A stretch of 64,000 nucleotides of DNA, taken from the IMG/VR virus record IMGVR_UViG_3300009146_000002, positions 5,733 to 69,732 of that record. The stretch is one strand, 5' to 3'. A program made the translations under genes and the position numbers. Source of the stretch: a virus. The first letter of the stretch is position 1. Each line of letters starts with the position of its first letter. Shown here piece after piece: positions 19,601 through 27,372 of this stretch. The notes beneath the pieces were generated by a model, which was given only the letters and a program-made list of their open reading frames with translations, searched no databases and was not told the origin of the DNA.

Positions 19601-20559
19601 TCCACGGCTCACCGCACGACTTCGATCGCTTCGACCTCTCGAAGCTCGGCACCGGGGAGGGGGCGCAGGCCTTCGGGCATGGGCTCTACTTCGCGGAGAA
19701 CGAGGGTGTGGCGCGCGACTATCGCAACCGGCTCGCACGCGGCATCCTCGTCAACAAGGAACCGCCGCCGGATCCGCTGCGCAAGGCGCTGGAGTTTGTC
19801 GACGCGAACGTCCTGCGCACCGAGGGGCCGGAGCGGGCGCTGCAGCACGCGATTGCCCGGATGGAGGAGCAGTCGAAGTTCTACCGCTCGGCCTACATGG
19901 TGCCCGAGGACACCAGCGAGAACCTGTACGACCTGGCGGCGAAGCGACTGCGCACGGTCGACCCAGCGTCGCTCTCACAGCCCGGCAAGATGTACGAGGT
20001 CAACCTCGACGTCGACCCGCAACACCTGCTCAACTGGGACCGCCCGATCGCCGAGCAGTCCCGCCTGGTGCAGAACGCCGTGGTGCCGCACCTCCGCGAC
20101 CTCGACCAGCACATGAAGGCCGAACGCGCCCGACAGCTCGCGCGCGGGACCGACGCCTTCGGCAAGCCGTTCAAGGCGGATCGGCTCGCGCGGCTGCAGG
20201 CGATGGTCCCGGACCCGATCGACCGTCCTGGGAGTGACGCCTACCGGATGATGGGCTTCGCCCCAGGCGACGCCCCGCTCAACCAGGAGGTGGGCTACCA
20301 GCGGTCTTCTGAGGCGCTGCGCAAGCTCGGCATCCCGGGCTTGAGCTACCTCGACGGGGCGTCCCGCGGCGCCGGGACCGGCACACGCAACTACGTGATG
20401 TTCGACGACGCGCGGGTCGACATCCTGCGCAAGTACGGCTTCCTCCCGCCGCTGGCCGGCGCAGCCGCCGCCGCGCAGTTCGGCCAGTTCAACGCGCCCG
20501 ATCCCGCGGCGCCGCCGGTCCCGCCGCTCACGCCTCCCGATCGCGACAGCCCCTACTAA
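16696..20559 (+). CDS. Large polyvalent virion protein with a C-terminal ADP-ribosyltransferase-like domain
   Basis: FHGSPHDFDRF..GTGEGAQAFGHGLYF..NYVMFD motif set; central YTLPGGENYRE/HW.QPNVL.H/FIEEVQSD domain. Confidence 0.65.
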   Translation: MAGEPQKPAAPPPPAGASFWRRVAQLAGVDDEIDAVSAAVIAAQNWAQSKLPPPAALPTIAADLQARQAALDQRKQQQWDAISAPVSRFFGSAPVQQAGRHLKEKYYDVPADVQGLSERLQSTVTERGDTRRAELEAAGLSALDPMFALRDEWLPNLAIGTAADSTSAFGAASNLDLPIGPAAKAVGGVASHAGMLPGFFSRVERVAAKVPAKGIHPNKLLSELRSGASQEEILYRKINDLIAGKGNQLITKAELDAHLAAHPAPEIGQTVLGGPNPARLSTLPPGHSIQPLATDPLTQGGQEYAWVDPSGVGRRLHSSSPEDAAQFALDILNRERPRTLPTRHGSYTLPGGENYREALTTLPVEQQKQGMYRAHITRPSDGRTTWKSDDSGGFVSGSQLNRLRSEYEPKGYTVHAEEVPTPAPAYQSTHWDQPNVLLHTRSNERTLAPAPMRSIPEIERIVQDVVGAQFPEHIAWNGPHQAVRQGLISYDEAALYGQSRGFTNYPHAPTGPRGRFIEEVQSDLHKQGEKEGYQPPGARRAVNETRARLDEVDAQLRAYRSRFDAEYTAAHPPDPLSYEQWLADEILPAYRGPEHDATNRRVYNSDITQGKHSAQNRLARERADAYYGDPTAQALADQQRDAQLAHDQARIAASTGVPDVPFKDTWPDLALKQQLLDAAHRQDLDWLGLSGAQTHVDRYGTERLTWVPEGRGFRVKWEPQVGGDALGGDQDIGQAALARGLIENTDAYVETPEQLDALLGYGSDLKLEKAWKRIQASPEGGTYLPRKEGMEAFYDRALPAKLQRLLKPFGGTVERGAVPVQKDVVIPNGREVFYVTDEEGARITPYYATEAAAENYIRTGNQGEWPEEFSMASMRRDLPTTQTVDEPAWIARLSPEMKERIRQQGFPLMSFVPPVAVGAGAAAAASASGEEGEGSGLTAGLMAAAPFLPGVGGDLAGLARRERQGLRAFHGSPHDFDRFDLSKLGTGEGAQAFGHGLYFAENEGVARDYRNRLARGILVNKEPPPDPLRKALEFVDANVLRTEGPERALQHAIARMEEQSKFYRSAYMVPEDTSENLYDLAAKRLRTVDPASLSQPGKMYEVNLDVDPQHLLNWDRPIAEQSRLVQNAVVPHLRDLDQHMKAERARQLARGTDAFGKPFKADRLARLQAMVPDPIDRPGSDAYRMMGFAPGDAPLNQEVGYQRSSEALRKLGIPGLSYLDGASRGAGTGTRNYVMFDDARVDILRKYGFLPPLAGAAAAAQFGQFNAPDPAAPPVPPLTPPDRDSPY

Positions 20560-20571
20560 GAGGAGATACCT

Positions 20572-20757
20572 ATGGATCTCGTCGTCCTCGTCCTCGTGCT
20601 CGCGCTCATCGGCTTCCTCGTCTGGCTGATCACCGTCAAGATCCCGATGCCACCCTACTGGGCCACCGCGCTCCAGATCCTGGCGCTCGCCGCGGTGGTC
20701 ATCTACCTGATCACGCGCTTCATGGGCCGGCTGCCGAACGTCCTCCCCGGGGGCTGA
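20572..20757 (+). CDS. Small two-TM membrane protein (holin candidate)
   Basis: 61 aa, two hydrophobic helices, strong GAGGAG RBS. Confidence 0.65.
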   Translation: MDLVVLVLVLALIGFLVWLITVKIPMPPYWATALQILALAAVVIYLITRFMGRLPNVLPGG

Positions 20758-20763
20758 CCTGCC

Positions 20764-20955
20764 ATGCCCCGCCCGATGGTCGACCAGCTCCGGGACCACC
20801 TCGCCTACACCCAGGTGGTCCCGCTCCGCCGCCTGCCTCCGGGCCGGCACCCGCTCGCCCACATCCGGCCGGAGGTGATCAAGCTCGCGCTCCGCCGGCT
20901 GAGCGAGCGGGCGCCGCTCCCGCGCCTACCGCTGTTCCCGACGGGGGGCGGCTGA
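20764..20955 (+). CDS. Small basic hypothetical protein
   Basis: Short ORF in operon context. Confidence 0.4.
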   Translation: MPRPMVDQLRDHLAYTQVVPLRRLPPGRHPLAHIRPEVIKLALRRLSERAPLPRLPLFPTGGG

Positions 20956-21183
20956 GCCCTCCGCGCCCTTGCGGCGCGTCCAGCTCTCGACCAGCTGCAG
21001 CAGCACCTGCCGCTTGGCGATGTGCTCGCGCTTGGCGCGGGCGGTGAACGAGATCCAGAGTCCGGCCGGGATGCCGCTCAGCAGGTAGCGGCGCGGGGTG
21101 CCGGCGGCGGTGTACTTCAGGGAGTAGGGGCGCGCCGGCTTCTTCGGTGTCGCCTTGGTCGGCTTCTTAAAGGTCGTCGCCAT
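20926..21183 (-). CDS. Ribbon-helix-helix (Arc/CopG-like) DNA-binding protein
   Basis: RRYLLSGIP strand followed by helices AGLWISFTARAKRE and KRQVLLQLVESW; GGAGG RBS. Confidence 0.6.
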   Translation of the reverse strand: MATTFKKPTKATPKKPARPYSLKYTAAGTPRRYLLSGIPAGLWISFTARAKREHIAKRQVLLQLVESWTRRKGAEGSAAPRREQR

Positions 21184-21463
21184 CCGCGTCCTCCCCCAGC
21201 TCGGTGAGCGTGCAGACGATCGTGTCGCCGGCGATGTAGTCGTCGGCCGCCAGCCGCCGCCGCACCACCACGGTGGCCCGTGGGTTGACAGGCAAGCCGA
21301 TCAGCTTGCCTTCCTCGTTCAGCACGAGGACGCGCGTCTCGTCGATGCGCACGATCTCGATGTAGCCGCCGACGACGGCGTGCAGCTCGTCGAGGGTGAA
21401 GGACGTGCCCGCAGCCGGCTGGACTTCTTGGACAGCACCGACGGCGGGGATGAGGGTCGCCAT
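21167..21463 (-). CDS. DUF3846-like protein
   Basis: FTLDELHAVVGGYIE..NEEGKL.GLPVNPRAT..IAGD; start reassigned to ATG 21463 after a GGAAGGAG RBS. Confidence 0.75.
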   Translation of the reverse strand: MATLIPAVGAVQEVQPAAGTSFTLDELHAVVGGYIEIVRIDETRVLVLNEEGKLIGLPVNPRATVVVRRRLAADDYIAGDTIVCTLTELGEDADGDDL

Positions 21464-21504
21464 ATTCAGTCTCCTTCCCGTGGGAACGCGCTCACGGGTC
21501 ACGG

Positions 21505-21533
21505 CATCCTACCGGACTTGCATATGCATGTCA
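21505..21533 (-). promoter_or_regulatory. Sigma70-type promoter TTGACA-N17-TAGGAT with a TGCATATGCA palindrome in the spacer
   Basis: Minus strand reads TTGACA tgcatatgcaagtccgg TAGGAT. Confidence 0.8.
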
Positions 21534-21552
21534 ACCGCCGCTTGCATAGGCA

Positions 21553-24500
21553 TCACGCCAGCACCCGCCCCAGGTCGCTCCAGTCCTCATCGTCCTCGGC
21601 TTCCATCGCTTCCGCCACCCACTCGCTCTCGTACCCCGGCACCGCAATTTCCTCCATCGCCTGCCAGTCGTGCCCCGCCTTGGCCGCCACCCCGATCGCC
21701 ACGCACTCCCCCGCCGGCCGCCCCCACCCGCCCGGCAGCGGCTGCTCGATCACCGGCCGCTGCATCTCCTGACAGACGATCTCCACCGTCCGGTCCCACG
21801 CCCGCTCCGGGATCTCCAAGAGCAAGCTGTCGTGGATCGGCGCGCGCAGCGGCGTCCGCCCGTAGTACACATTCCCGATGTAGCTCGGCGAGTCGCGCTC
21901 CGCAAACAGCCGCAGCATCGCTTCCTTCAGGATGCCCGACGCAATCGACTGCGGGTAGAACGCCAGCACCCGCTTGCCGTCTTCCCCCAGGCTCACCCGG
22001 AACCACTGGCCGTTGATGCTCACGCACGGCGGCTCCTGCCCGACCTTCTGCGCCTTCGCCACCAGCCGGTAGTACTGCGTCGCGGTGAGCCGCTTGTAGC
22101 TGTAGACGCTCCAGAACCAGTGCTTGTACGCGAACGGGTGGTCGCCCGCGCCGCCGAGGTAGTGCTGCCGCTGCGCCTTGACCTGCGTCTCGGTCTGCCA
22201 CTTCGACACGCCCGGCGCCATCCGCTCGAACACGCGCGCGAACTTCTCGGCGCTCGCCTGGGTCGGAAACAGGTGCGGGAACTGCAGCACCATCCCAGCC
22301 ACGGTGAGCCCGTAGCTCCTTCCGTGGATGTACCGCTTCGCCGGGTCGTACACCTCGGGGTACTTGTGCTTGGTCGCCTTGAAGAGCTTCCGCAGCTCCT
22401 CGTCGCTCGCCGCCGGATCGTACGGCAGCCCGATCGCATGGGTGACCAGCGCCGCGTGGACGCCCAGCTTCGCCAGCCGGTAGTACTCCGCGTCCCGCGC
22501 ACACCAGCCGGTCTCGACCGCTTCGATCGCCGCGAAGTCGACCTCCAGCAGCCGGCAGCCCGGGCTGGCGACGATGCACTTCCTGAAGCCTGCGGCCAGC
22601 CCCGCCGGCCCGCCCTTATCAGCGACGACGTTCGTGATGTTCGGGTTCACGTAACTCAACCGCATCGTGCTCGGCTTGAACGTCGGCTGCGGGTGCAGGC
22701 GGTCCTCGCCGTCCAGCCGTCTTAACGTGCCGTCGACATACGTGCCCTGGATCTTCCCCACCGCGCGGTAGTCCAGCAGCGCCGCGTAGAACGGATCCTG
22801 CGTCGTGCGGCTGAGCCGCTCTAACGTCTCGCGGTTGGTGGACTCGGCGCTCGCGCTCTTCTTCGCCCGCCCGGGCTTGTGCTTCCGCCACTTGATGTAG
22901 GCGAGGACTTGGGGGACGGAGTCGGGGTTGAAGGGCTCCTGCCAGTACCACCGCTTGACGGTCGCAACAACCAGATCAAGTCGAGGAGCTCCAGCCGCAG
23001 CTGCAGCAGCGGGAGCAGGGCTGCATCGGTGGCGGCGAGCGACCTCTGTAGCGCCGCAGCCCGTGCAGACGAGGACTTCCCGGAGGACGAGCTTCTCGAT
23101 GACGATGGCTTTCGCATACAGCTCCTGCTTGACCTCGGCGGTCGGCTTGCCCTTCCGTGGCAGCCCTCTCCGCGTGAACGCCGACGCCTTCACATGGAGC
23201 ACGCTAGCCGCCGGCGCGCGCGTCAGCCCCGCCTTCGGGGTGAGCGGCGCGAGCTGCTCGGGCACGCACGCCTGCAGCGCCTGGATCCGCTCCCGCGCCT
23301 TCTCGCTCAGCTCATCTCTGAACACGAGTAGCCGCTCGCGGTTGACCTTCAGGCCAATCAGCTGCGCGGGCCGCAGCACCTCGCTGAGCAGCGTGTGCGT
23401 GTGCCTGAGCGCCATCCGGTACTGCCCCTGCTGCTGCAGGTCGCCGACCACCCCGAACCCCACCCGGTGCGTCTGCAGCCCGTCGATCGCGCCGTACTTC
23501 TCCGGCTCATCCCCCGCCAGGTGTTTCCACGGCCCGTAGTTGCTGTAGAACGGCGCCCAGAACCCGAGCCCCCGCGGGACATCGCTCTGCAGGAAGTGCG
23601 CGAGCCACATCAGGTCGACGACCTTCCCCGAGTCCTCCTCGCGCATCAGCCCCGCGTGGACCTGCCGACCGAAGTCGTACTCGCGGTTCCACATCCAGAT
23701 GTGCCCGGGGCTGGCGTACAGCCGCTTCAGCTCATCGAGGTACGGGCCGGCGTGCGGCACGGTGATGCCCTCGTCGGGGTGACACGCCAGGTTGTGCCGC
23801 AGCAGCTGGTAGCTGACATCGTCCGCCGTGATCTCGCCTTCGTCCTTGCCGCCCGCCTTATCCGGCGTCTCGACGTCGCTGCTCAGCGGGTACGCCCCCG
23901 GATCCTGCTGGCGTGCCGCGACCACCTGATCGACCCACCGGCGGAACCACTCGACCGGCGGATCGATCACCAGCGTGTGATCACTCGGCGGCTTCCCGCC
24001 GTCCCGCGCGGCCTCCGCGCGCTTCAGATCCCAGAGCACCGTGCCGATCATGTTCGTGGCGCCGCGCTGCAGGAAGCTCGGGTGATAGGTCGGCACCACC
24101 CAGAAGCGATCCGTCGGGTCGCGCATCACCGCGCCGTGGAAGTTCTGCACGAGGATCTTCTTCTTGTGCTCCAGGTGCATCACCCGCCGCAGCGCCGTCA
24201 GCCCCATCGGCACCACGACCGGATGCCGCTCGGCGAGCGTCTGCTCCAGGTACGGGCAGTGCGCCATCGCGTTGTAGTACCAGGGCGCGCGCTCGTCGAA
24301 CCAGTCGTTCGGCGGGTGACAGCTCACCGTGTTGTGGATGCGGATCGCATCGCGCTGCCAGCCGAGCAGGTTGAGCAACCGCGTGAGCATCCCGCCCGCG
24401 TCGCCCATGAACGGGCGGCCGGTCATCGCTTCCACCACGCCGAGCGACTCGCCCACGAGCAAGAGCCAGCTGCCCGACGGGCCATCGGCCGGCGCGAAGC

Positions 24501-24555
24501 CGGTCCCCCGCTGCTCCAGCGCGCAGCCGCGGCAGGCGGGCGGCTTAGCGAGCAC
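21553..24555 (-). CDS. Family A DNA polymerase with N-terminal family-4 uracil-DNA glycosylase-like domain and 3'-5' exonuclease
   Basis: UDG: CRGC, LVGESLG..E..GRPFMG.AG, CHPP, YHPS. Exo: DVET, NREYD, YGAID. Pol motifs: A DFAAIE, B KRYIHGRSYG, C IHDSL. Start GTG at 24555 follows GGAGG. Confidence 0.92.
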   Translation of the reverse strand: MLAKPPACRGCALEQRGTGFAPADGPSGSWLLLVGESLGVVEAMTGRPFMGDAGGMLTRLLNLLGWQRDAIRIHNTVSCHPPNDWFDERAPWYYNAMAHCPYLEQTLAERHPVVVPMGLTALRRVMHLEHKKKILVQNFHGAVMRDPTDRFWVVPTYHPSFLQRGATNMIGTVLWDLKRAEAARDGGKPPSDHTLVIDPPVEWFRRWVDQVVAARQQDPGAYPLSSDVETPDKAGGKDEGEITADDVSYQLLRHNLACHPDEGITVPHAGPYLDELKRLYASPGHIWMWNREYDFGRQVHAGLMREEDSGKVVDLMWLAHFLQSDVPRGLGFWAPFYSNYGPWKHLAGDEPEKYGAIDGLQTHRVGFGVVGDLQQQGQYRMALRHTHTLLSEVLRPAQLIGLKVNRERLLVFRDELSEKARERIQALQACVPEQLAPLTPKAGLTRAPAASVLHVKASAFTRRGLPRKGKPTAEVKQELYAKAIVIEKLVLREVLVCTGCGATEVARRHRCSPAPAAAAAAGAPRLDLVVATVKRWYWQEPFNPDSVPQVLAYIKWRKHKPGRAKKSASAESTNRETLERLSRTTQDPFYAALLDYRAVGKIQGTYVDGTLRRLDGEDRLHPQPTFKPSTMRLSYVNPNITNVVADKGGPAGLAAGFRKCIVASPGCRLLEVDFAAIEAVETGWCARDAEYYRLAKLGVHAALVTHAIGLPYDPAASDEELRKLFKATKHKYPEVYDPAKRYIHGRSYGLTVAGMVLQFPHLFPTQASAEKFARVFERMAPGVSKWQTETQVKAQRQHYLGGAGDHPFAYKHWFWSVYSYKRLTATQYYRLVAKAQKVGQEPPCVSINGQWFRVSLGEDGKRVLAFYPQSIASGILKEAMLRLFAERDSPSYIGNVYYGRTPLRAPIHDSLLLEIPERAWDRTVEIVCQEMQRPVIEQPLPGGWGRPAGECVAIGVAAKAGHDWQAMEEIAVPGYESEWVAEAMEAEDDEDWSDLGRVLA

Positions 24556-24959
24556 TACGTCGCCTCCGACGTCGCGCGCTTCCACTCCACGATCCAGTCG
24601 TGCAGCTCGCTGTCGGTCACGGCCGGCTCGTTGAAGATCGGCAGGCCGAGCTGCTGGGCCGCGCGATACTCCGCGCTCGCGCCCTGGCTGTACTGCCACT
24701 TGCCCATCATCAGGATCGCGTCGCTCCGCCGCAGCAGCTCCAGATCCCCCTGCAGCCAGACCTCATCGGGGCACTCGCCGTCGAACAACCCCGTGTTGCT
24801 GTGCGGGCACAGCGCCACCGCGCCCATCTTCCACACGGCGAGCGCGACCTCCTGCGCGGCGCGGACATTCGCGAGCACCTGCCACGGCGTGGGGGCGCGG
24901 TACGGACCCGCGATGTAGATGACCGGCAGGATCACCGGTGTGGGCTGAAGCGCAGACAT
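24555..24959 (-). CDS. DUF4406 / nucleoside deoxyribosyltransferase-fold protein
   Basis: IYIAGPY, CPH, DLELLRRSDAI..W..SQGASAE. Confidence 0.8.
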   Translation of the reverse strand: MSALQPTPVILPVIYIAGPYRAPTPWQVLANVRAAQEVALAVWKMGAVALCPHSNTGLFDGECPDEVWLQGDLELLRRSDAILMMGKWQYSQGASAEYRAAQQLGLPIFNEPAVTDSELHDWIVEWKRATSEAT

Positions 24960-25480
24960 GGGCGGCCTCCTTCGCGATACACAATCCAGCAGCAGGTGAC
25001 GCTGTCGGTCTGGCGCTTGCCCGCGTCGTTCAACCGGAACGAGTAGCGCGGCAGCACGATCAGATCGGTCGGCGGATGCGCGGCCCAGAAGGCGGCGCGT
25101 GTCAGCGTGGGTTCGAGGAAGCTCAGCCGGGCGAGGAAGGCGACGTTGCGGGAGTTCGCGAGCGCGTGCTGCAGGATCACCAGCTCATCGCTGAAGGGCG
25201 GGTTGGTGATCGTCCAGTCGACGCGGAAGTCGTCATCGGGGTCGGCGTGCGCGAACGGCCAGGCGCGCTCCGATCGCGCGTCCTCGTGGATCGTCGCGGC
25301 ACACTGCGGATCGAGATCGTTGGTCGAGAGGTGCCCCGCGCCGGTGAGGAACTGCGCGATGTGCCACTTGCCGACACACGGCTCGTAGACCGTGAGCCCG
25401 GTGAGCGGCCCGATCAGATCGAGCAGCGGCTGCACATAGTGGGGCGGCGTTTCATATTGGTCGAGCGGCCGGCGCGGCAT
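24932..25480 (-). CDS. Small amino (N6-A/N4-C) DNA methyltransferase
   Basis: DQYETP, EPCVG (motif I), ITNPPF (motif IV), RLSFLE. Confidence 0.85.
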   Translation of the reverse strand: MPRRPLDQYETPPHYVQPLLDLIGPLTGLTVYEPCVGKWHIAQFLTGAGHLSTNDLDPQCAATIHEDARSERAWPFAHADPDDDFRVDWTITNPPFSDELVILQHALANSRNVAFLARLSFLEPTLTRAAFWAAHPPTDLIVLPRYSFRLNDAGKRQTDSVTCCWIVYREGGRPCLRFSPHR

Positions 25481-25779
25481 CAGCGCCGCCCTTCGTACCG
25501 CCGCGCGCGCCAGCCGTCGTCCCGCCCGTCGCGCTTGCTCGCCTCGATGTTCCCCACCGCCCGCTGCTGCGCCTCACTCACCCGCCGCGTCTTCAGCACC
25601 GTGTCGCGGATGCCGCCGAGCGTGCCGAAGGCCCAGTCGTACTCGCCGCTCGCGAGCAGCGCCTCGATCACGCCGACGAATTGGTACCAGTGCTGGTTCG
25701 GATCCAGGGCTTCCACCTGGCGCTCAATGAGTTGATCTAACTCGTCGAGCTTTCGGAGATCCTCGATGCGTTTGCCCAC
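25480..25779 (-). CDS. Hypothetical protein
   Basis: 99 aa ORF, stop overlaps the MTase start. Confidence 0.6.
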   Translation of the reverse strand: MGKRIEDLRKLDELDQLIERQVEALDPNQHWYQFVGVIEALLASGEYDWAFGTLGGIRDTVLKTRRVSEAQQRAVGNIEASKRDGRDDGWRARRYEGRR

Positions 25780-25859
25780 CGCCGGCCCCCAGTTCCTACT
25801 CGCGTCACGTCAAGTAATGACAGCTCGTGACAGGTCAGGAGGCTGGAGGCGGCCGTGCA

Positions 25860-26073
25860 GAAAACGCTAGGAATACCGGTGTTTGGCGAGCAAATTCGTA
25901 AGACGTTGGGCGAATTTGTAAGTCGTTGCAGGCGCAGTAGTTAGCAATTTCCAGTTGGGAGGTTGGGAGCCAGCTGGAAGCAGGCCGACGTAGCTCAGTT
26001 TGGTAGAGCACCGCACTCGTAATGCGGGGGTCACCAGTTCGATCCTGGTCGTCGGCTCCACTCCTCCGCAGGC
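25860..26073. other. Probable attP region
   Basis: AT-richer intergenic stretch directly downstream of int. It contains the inverted repeat CAAATTCG..CGAATTTG (25891-25918), tandem GTTGGGAG repeats (about 25954-25969) and a tRNA. Confidence 0.7.
25984..26060 (+). tRNA. tRNA-Thr(CGT), complete with encoded CCA
   Basis: Cloverleaf: GCCGACG/CGTCGGC acceptor, GCTC/GAGC D stem, CCGCA-CT-CGT-AA-TGCGG anticodon arm, ACCAG-TTCGATC-CTGGT T arm, then T-CCA. Confidence 0.97.
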
Positions 26074-27363
26074 TCATTCCTCGCCGCCCTTCGCCACGTC
26101 GAAGATGTTCCGGTCGGCCAGCCGCAGCCACTTCACGTAGTGGTCCTGCGTCGTCTTCACATTCGCGTGCCCGAGCATCATCGACACCTCGCCCAGCGCC
26201 TTGCCTTCGAGCAGCGCGAGGCTCGCGAACGTGTCCCGCAGGCAGTGGATCGTGAACGGCTTGCCGGTCTCGCCTCGGAGCTGCAGCGCGTCGCAGCCTT
26301 CGCGGAACGCCCGGTAGAGTTTCTTGTCGGGGCGGCGCGGCAGCAGGTCGCGCGTCAGGAAGCAGTGGACCGGTTCCTTGCCGTACCGGCCGCGCGCCAT
26401 CCACGCTTCGAGGTTCGCCGCCTTCCGCGCGCGCATCCGCACGACCACGCGCCGGGTGAGATCGATCCACTGATCGGTGCGGTGCGTCTTCGTGTCCTTC
26501 TCGCCGAGCCCGCGCTCGTCGCCGTCCTGCCGCTCCTGCCAGCGCGTCGCCGAGGAGAACGCCTCGACGATGTTCGCCTTGCCGCGATCGAGGGTGTCGA
26601 GCTTCAGGTGCGCCCACTTCAGCGCGCACACCTCACCGATGCGCGAGCCTTCGTCGGCCAGCCACAGGAACAGATCCGCCAGCTCGGGATAGTGCTGCTC
26701 CTGCCAGGTGAGGAACGCCTCGACCTGCACGCGCGTCATGGGGTTAGGCTGCGGCTTCAGGATGACGTGCTTCTCGTCCTTCTGCCGGAGGAACTTGCCG
26801 AGCTTGCTCGCCGGGTTGCGCGTGAGGAGGCCGCCCGGCAGCTCGCTCTCGATCCAGTTGAAGCAGGCGCTCAGGCAGCGCTGACACGCGCGGCGCGTCG
26901 GCAGCGGCACGCCTGCCTTGTACAGCTGCTCGCGGAGCACGAACTTGATCCGCGTCTTCTCCATCGTCCGATCGTCGACCGGCCAGCTGCGCATGATCGG
27001 CAGCAGGTAGCGATCGAGCAGCCCCTTGTAGTTCCGGTACGTCGCCGCGGTGAACGACTCCTTGACGTACTCGTCGAGCCACTTGGTGGTGAGCGTCTCG
27101 AAGAGCACCTTGCCCCTGGGGGCCTCGGGCAGCACCGGGACGTTGAGCGCCTTCTGCAGCGCCGCCTGCTGCTCGGCCTGCGTGCGCCGCCGGGTGATGT
27201 CGGCCGCCGCCACCGGGTACTGCGCTTCGGCCTCCGCCTCGGTGGCGAAGAACTTCGTGCCGCTCACCCGCTCGCCGCCGATGCGCGCGTCGACGTACAG
27301 TCCCCAGGGCAGCGCCCGCTTGGGCTCGTGGCGCACCGTGACGCCGATGACACGCGCGCTCAT
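26074..27363 (-). CDS. int: Tyrosine integrase
   Basis: GSRIGE (R), KDTKT (K), HCLRDT (HxxR), LGH..TTQDHY (H, Y); AGGAGG RBS. Confidence 0.95.
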   Translation of the reverse strand: MSARVIGVTVRHEPKRALPWGLYVDARIGGERVSGTKFFATEAEAEAQYPVAAADITRRRTQAEQQAALQKALNVPVLPEAPRGKVLFETLTTKWLDEYVKESFTAATYRNYKGLLDRYLLPIMRSWPVDDRTMEKTRIKFVLREQLYKAGVPLPTRRACQRCLSACFNWIESELPGGLLTRNPASKLGKFLRQKDEKHVILKPQPNPMTRVQVEAFLTWQEQHYPELADLFLWLADEGSRIGEVCALKWAHLKLDTLDRGKANIVEAFSSATRWQERQDGDERGLGEKDTKTHRTDQWIDLTRRVVVRMRARKAANLEAWMARGRYGKEPVHCFLTRDLLPRRPDKKLYRAFREGCDALQLRGETGKPFTIHCLRDTFASLALLEGKALGEVSMMLGHANVKTTQDHYVKWLRLADRNIFDVAKGGEE

Positions 27364-27372
27364 CGCGACCTC

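Noticed and set aside
24556-24699. ORF-track N-terminal extension of PolA
   Set aside because: It overlaps the DUF4406 gene; GTG 24555 has a GGAGG RBS and precedes the first UDG motif
24742-24750. Minus-strand GGGGGATCT inside the DUF4406 gene
   Set aside because: Followed by TGGAGC and no (G/C)AnnCT at 17 bp; treated as a chance hit
25984-26060. tRNA as a prophage/host boundary (attL/attR)
   Set aside because: Co-oriented phage replication genes lie on both sides and no host genes are visible
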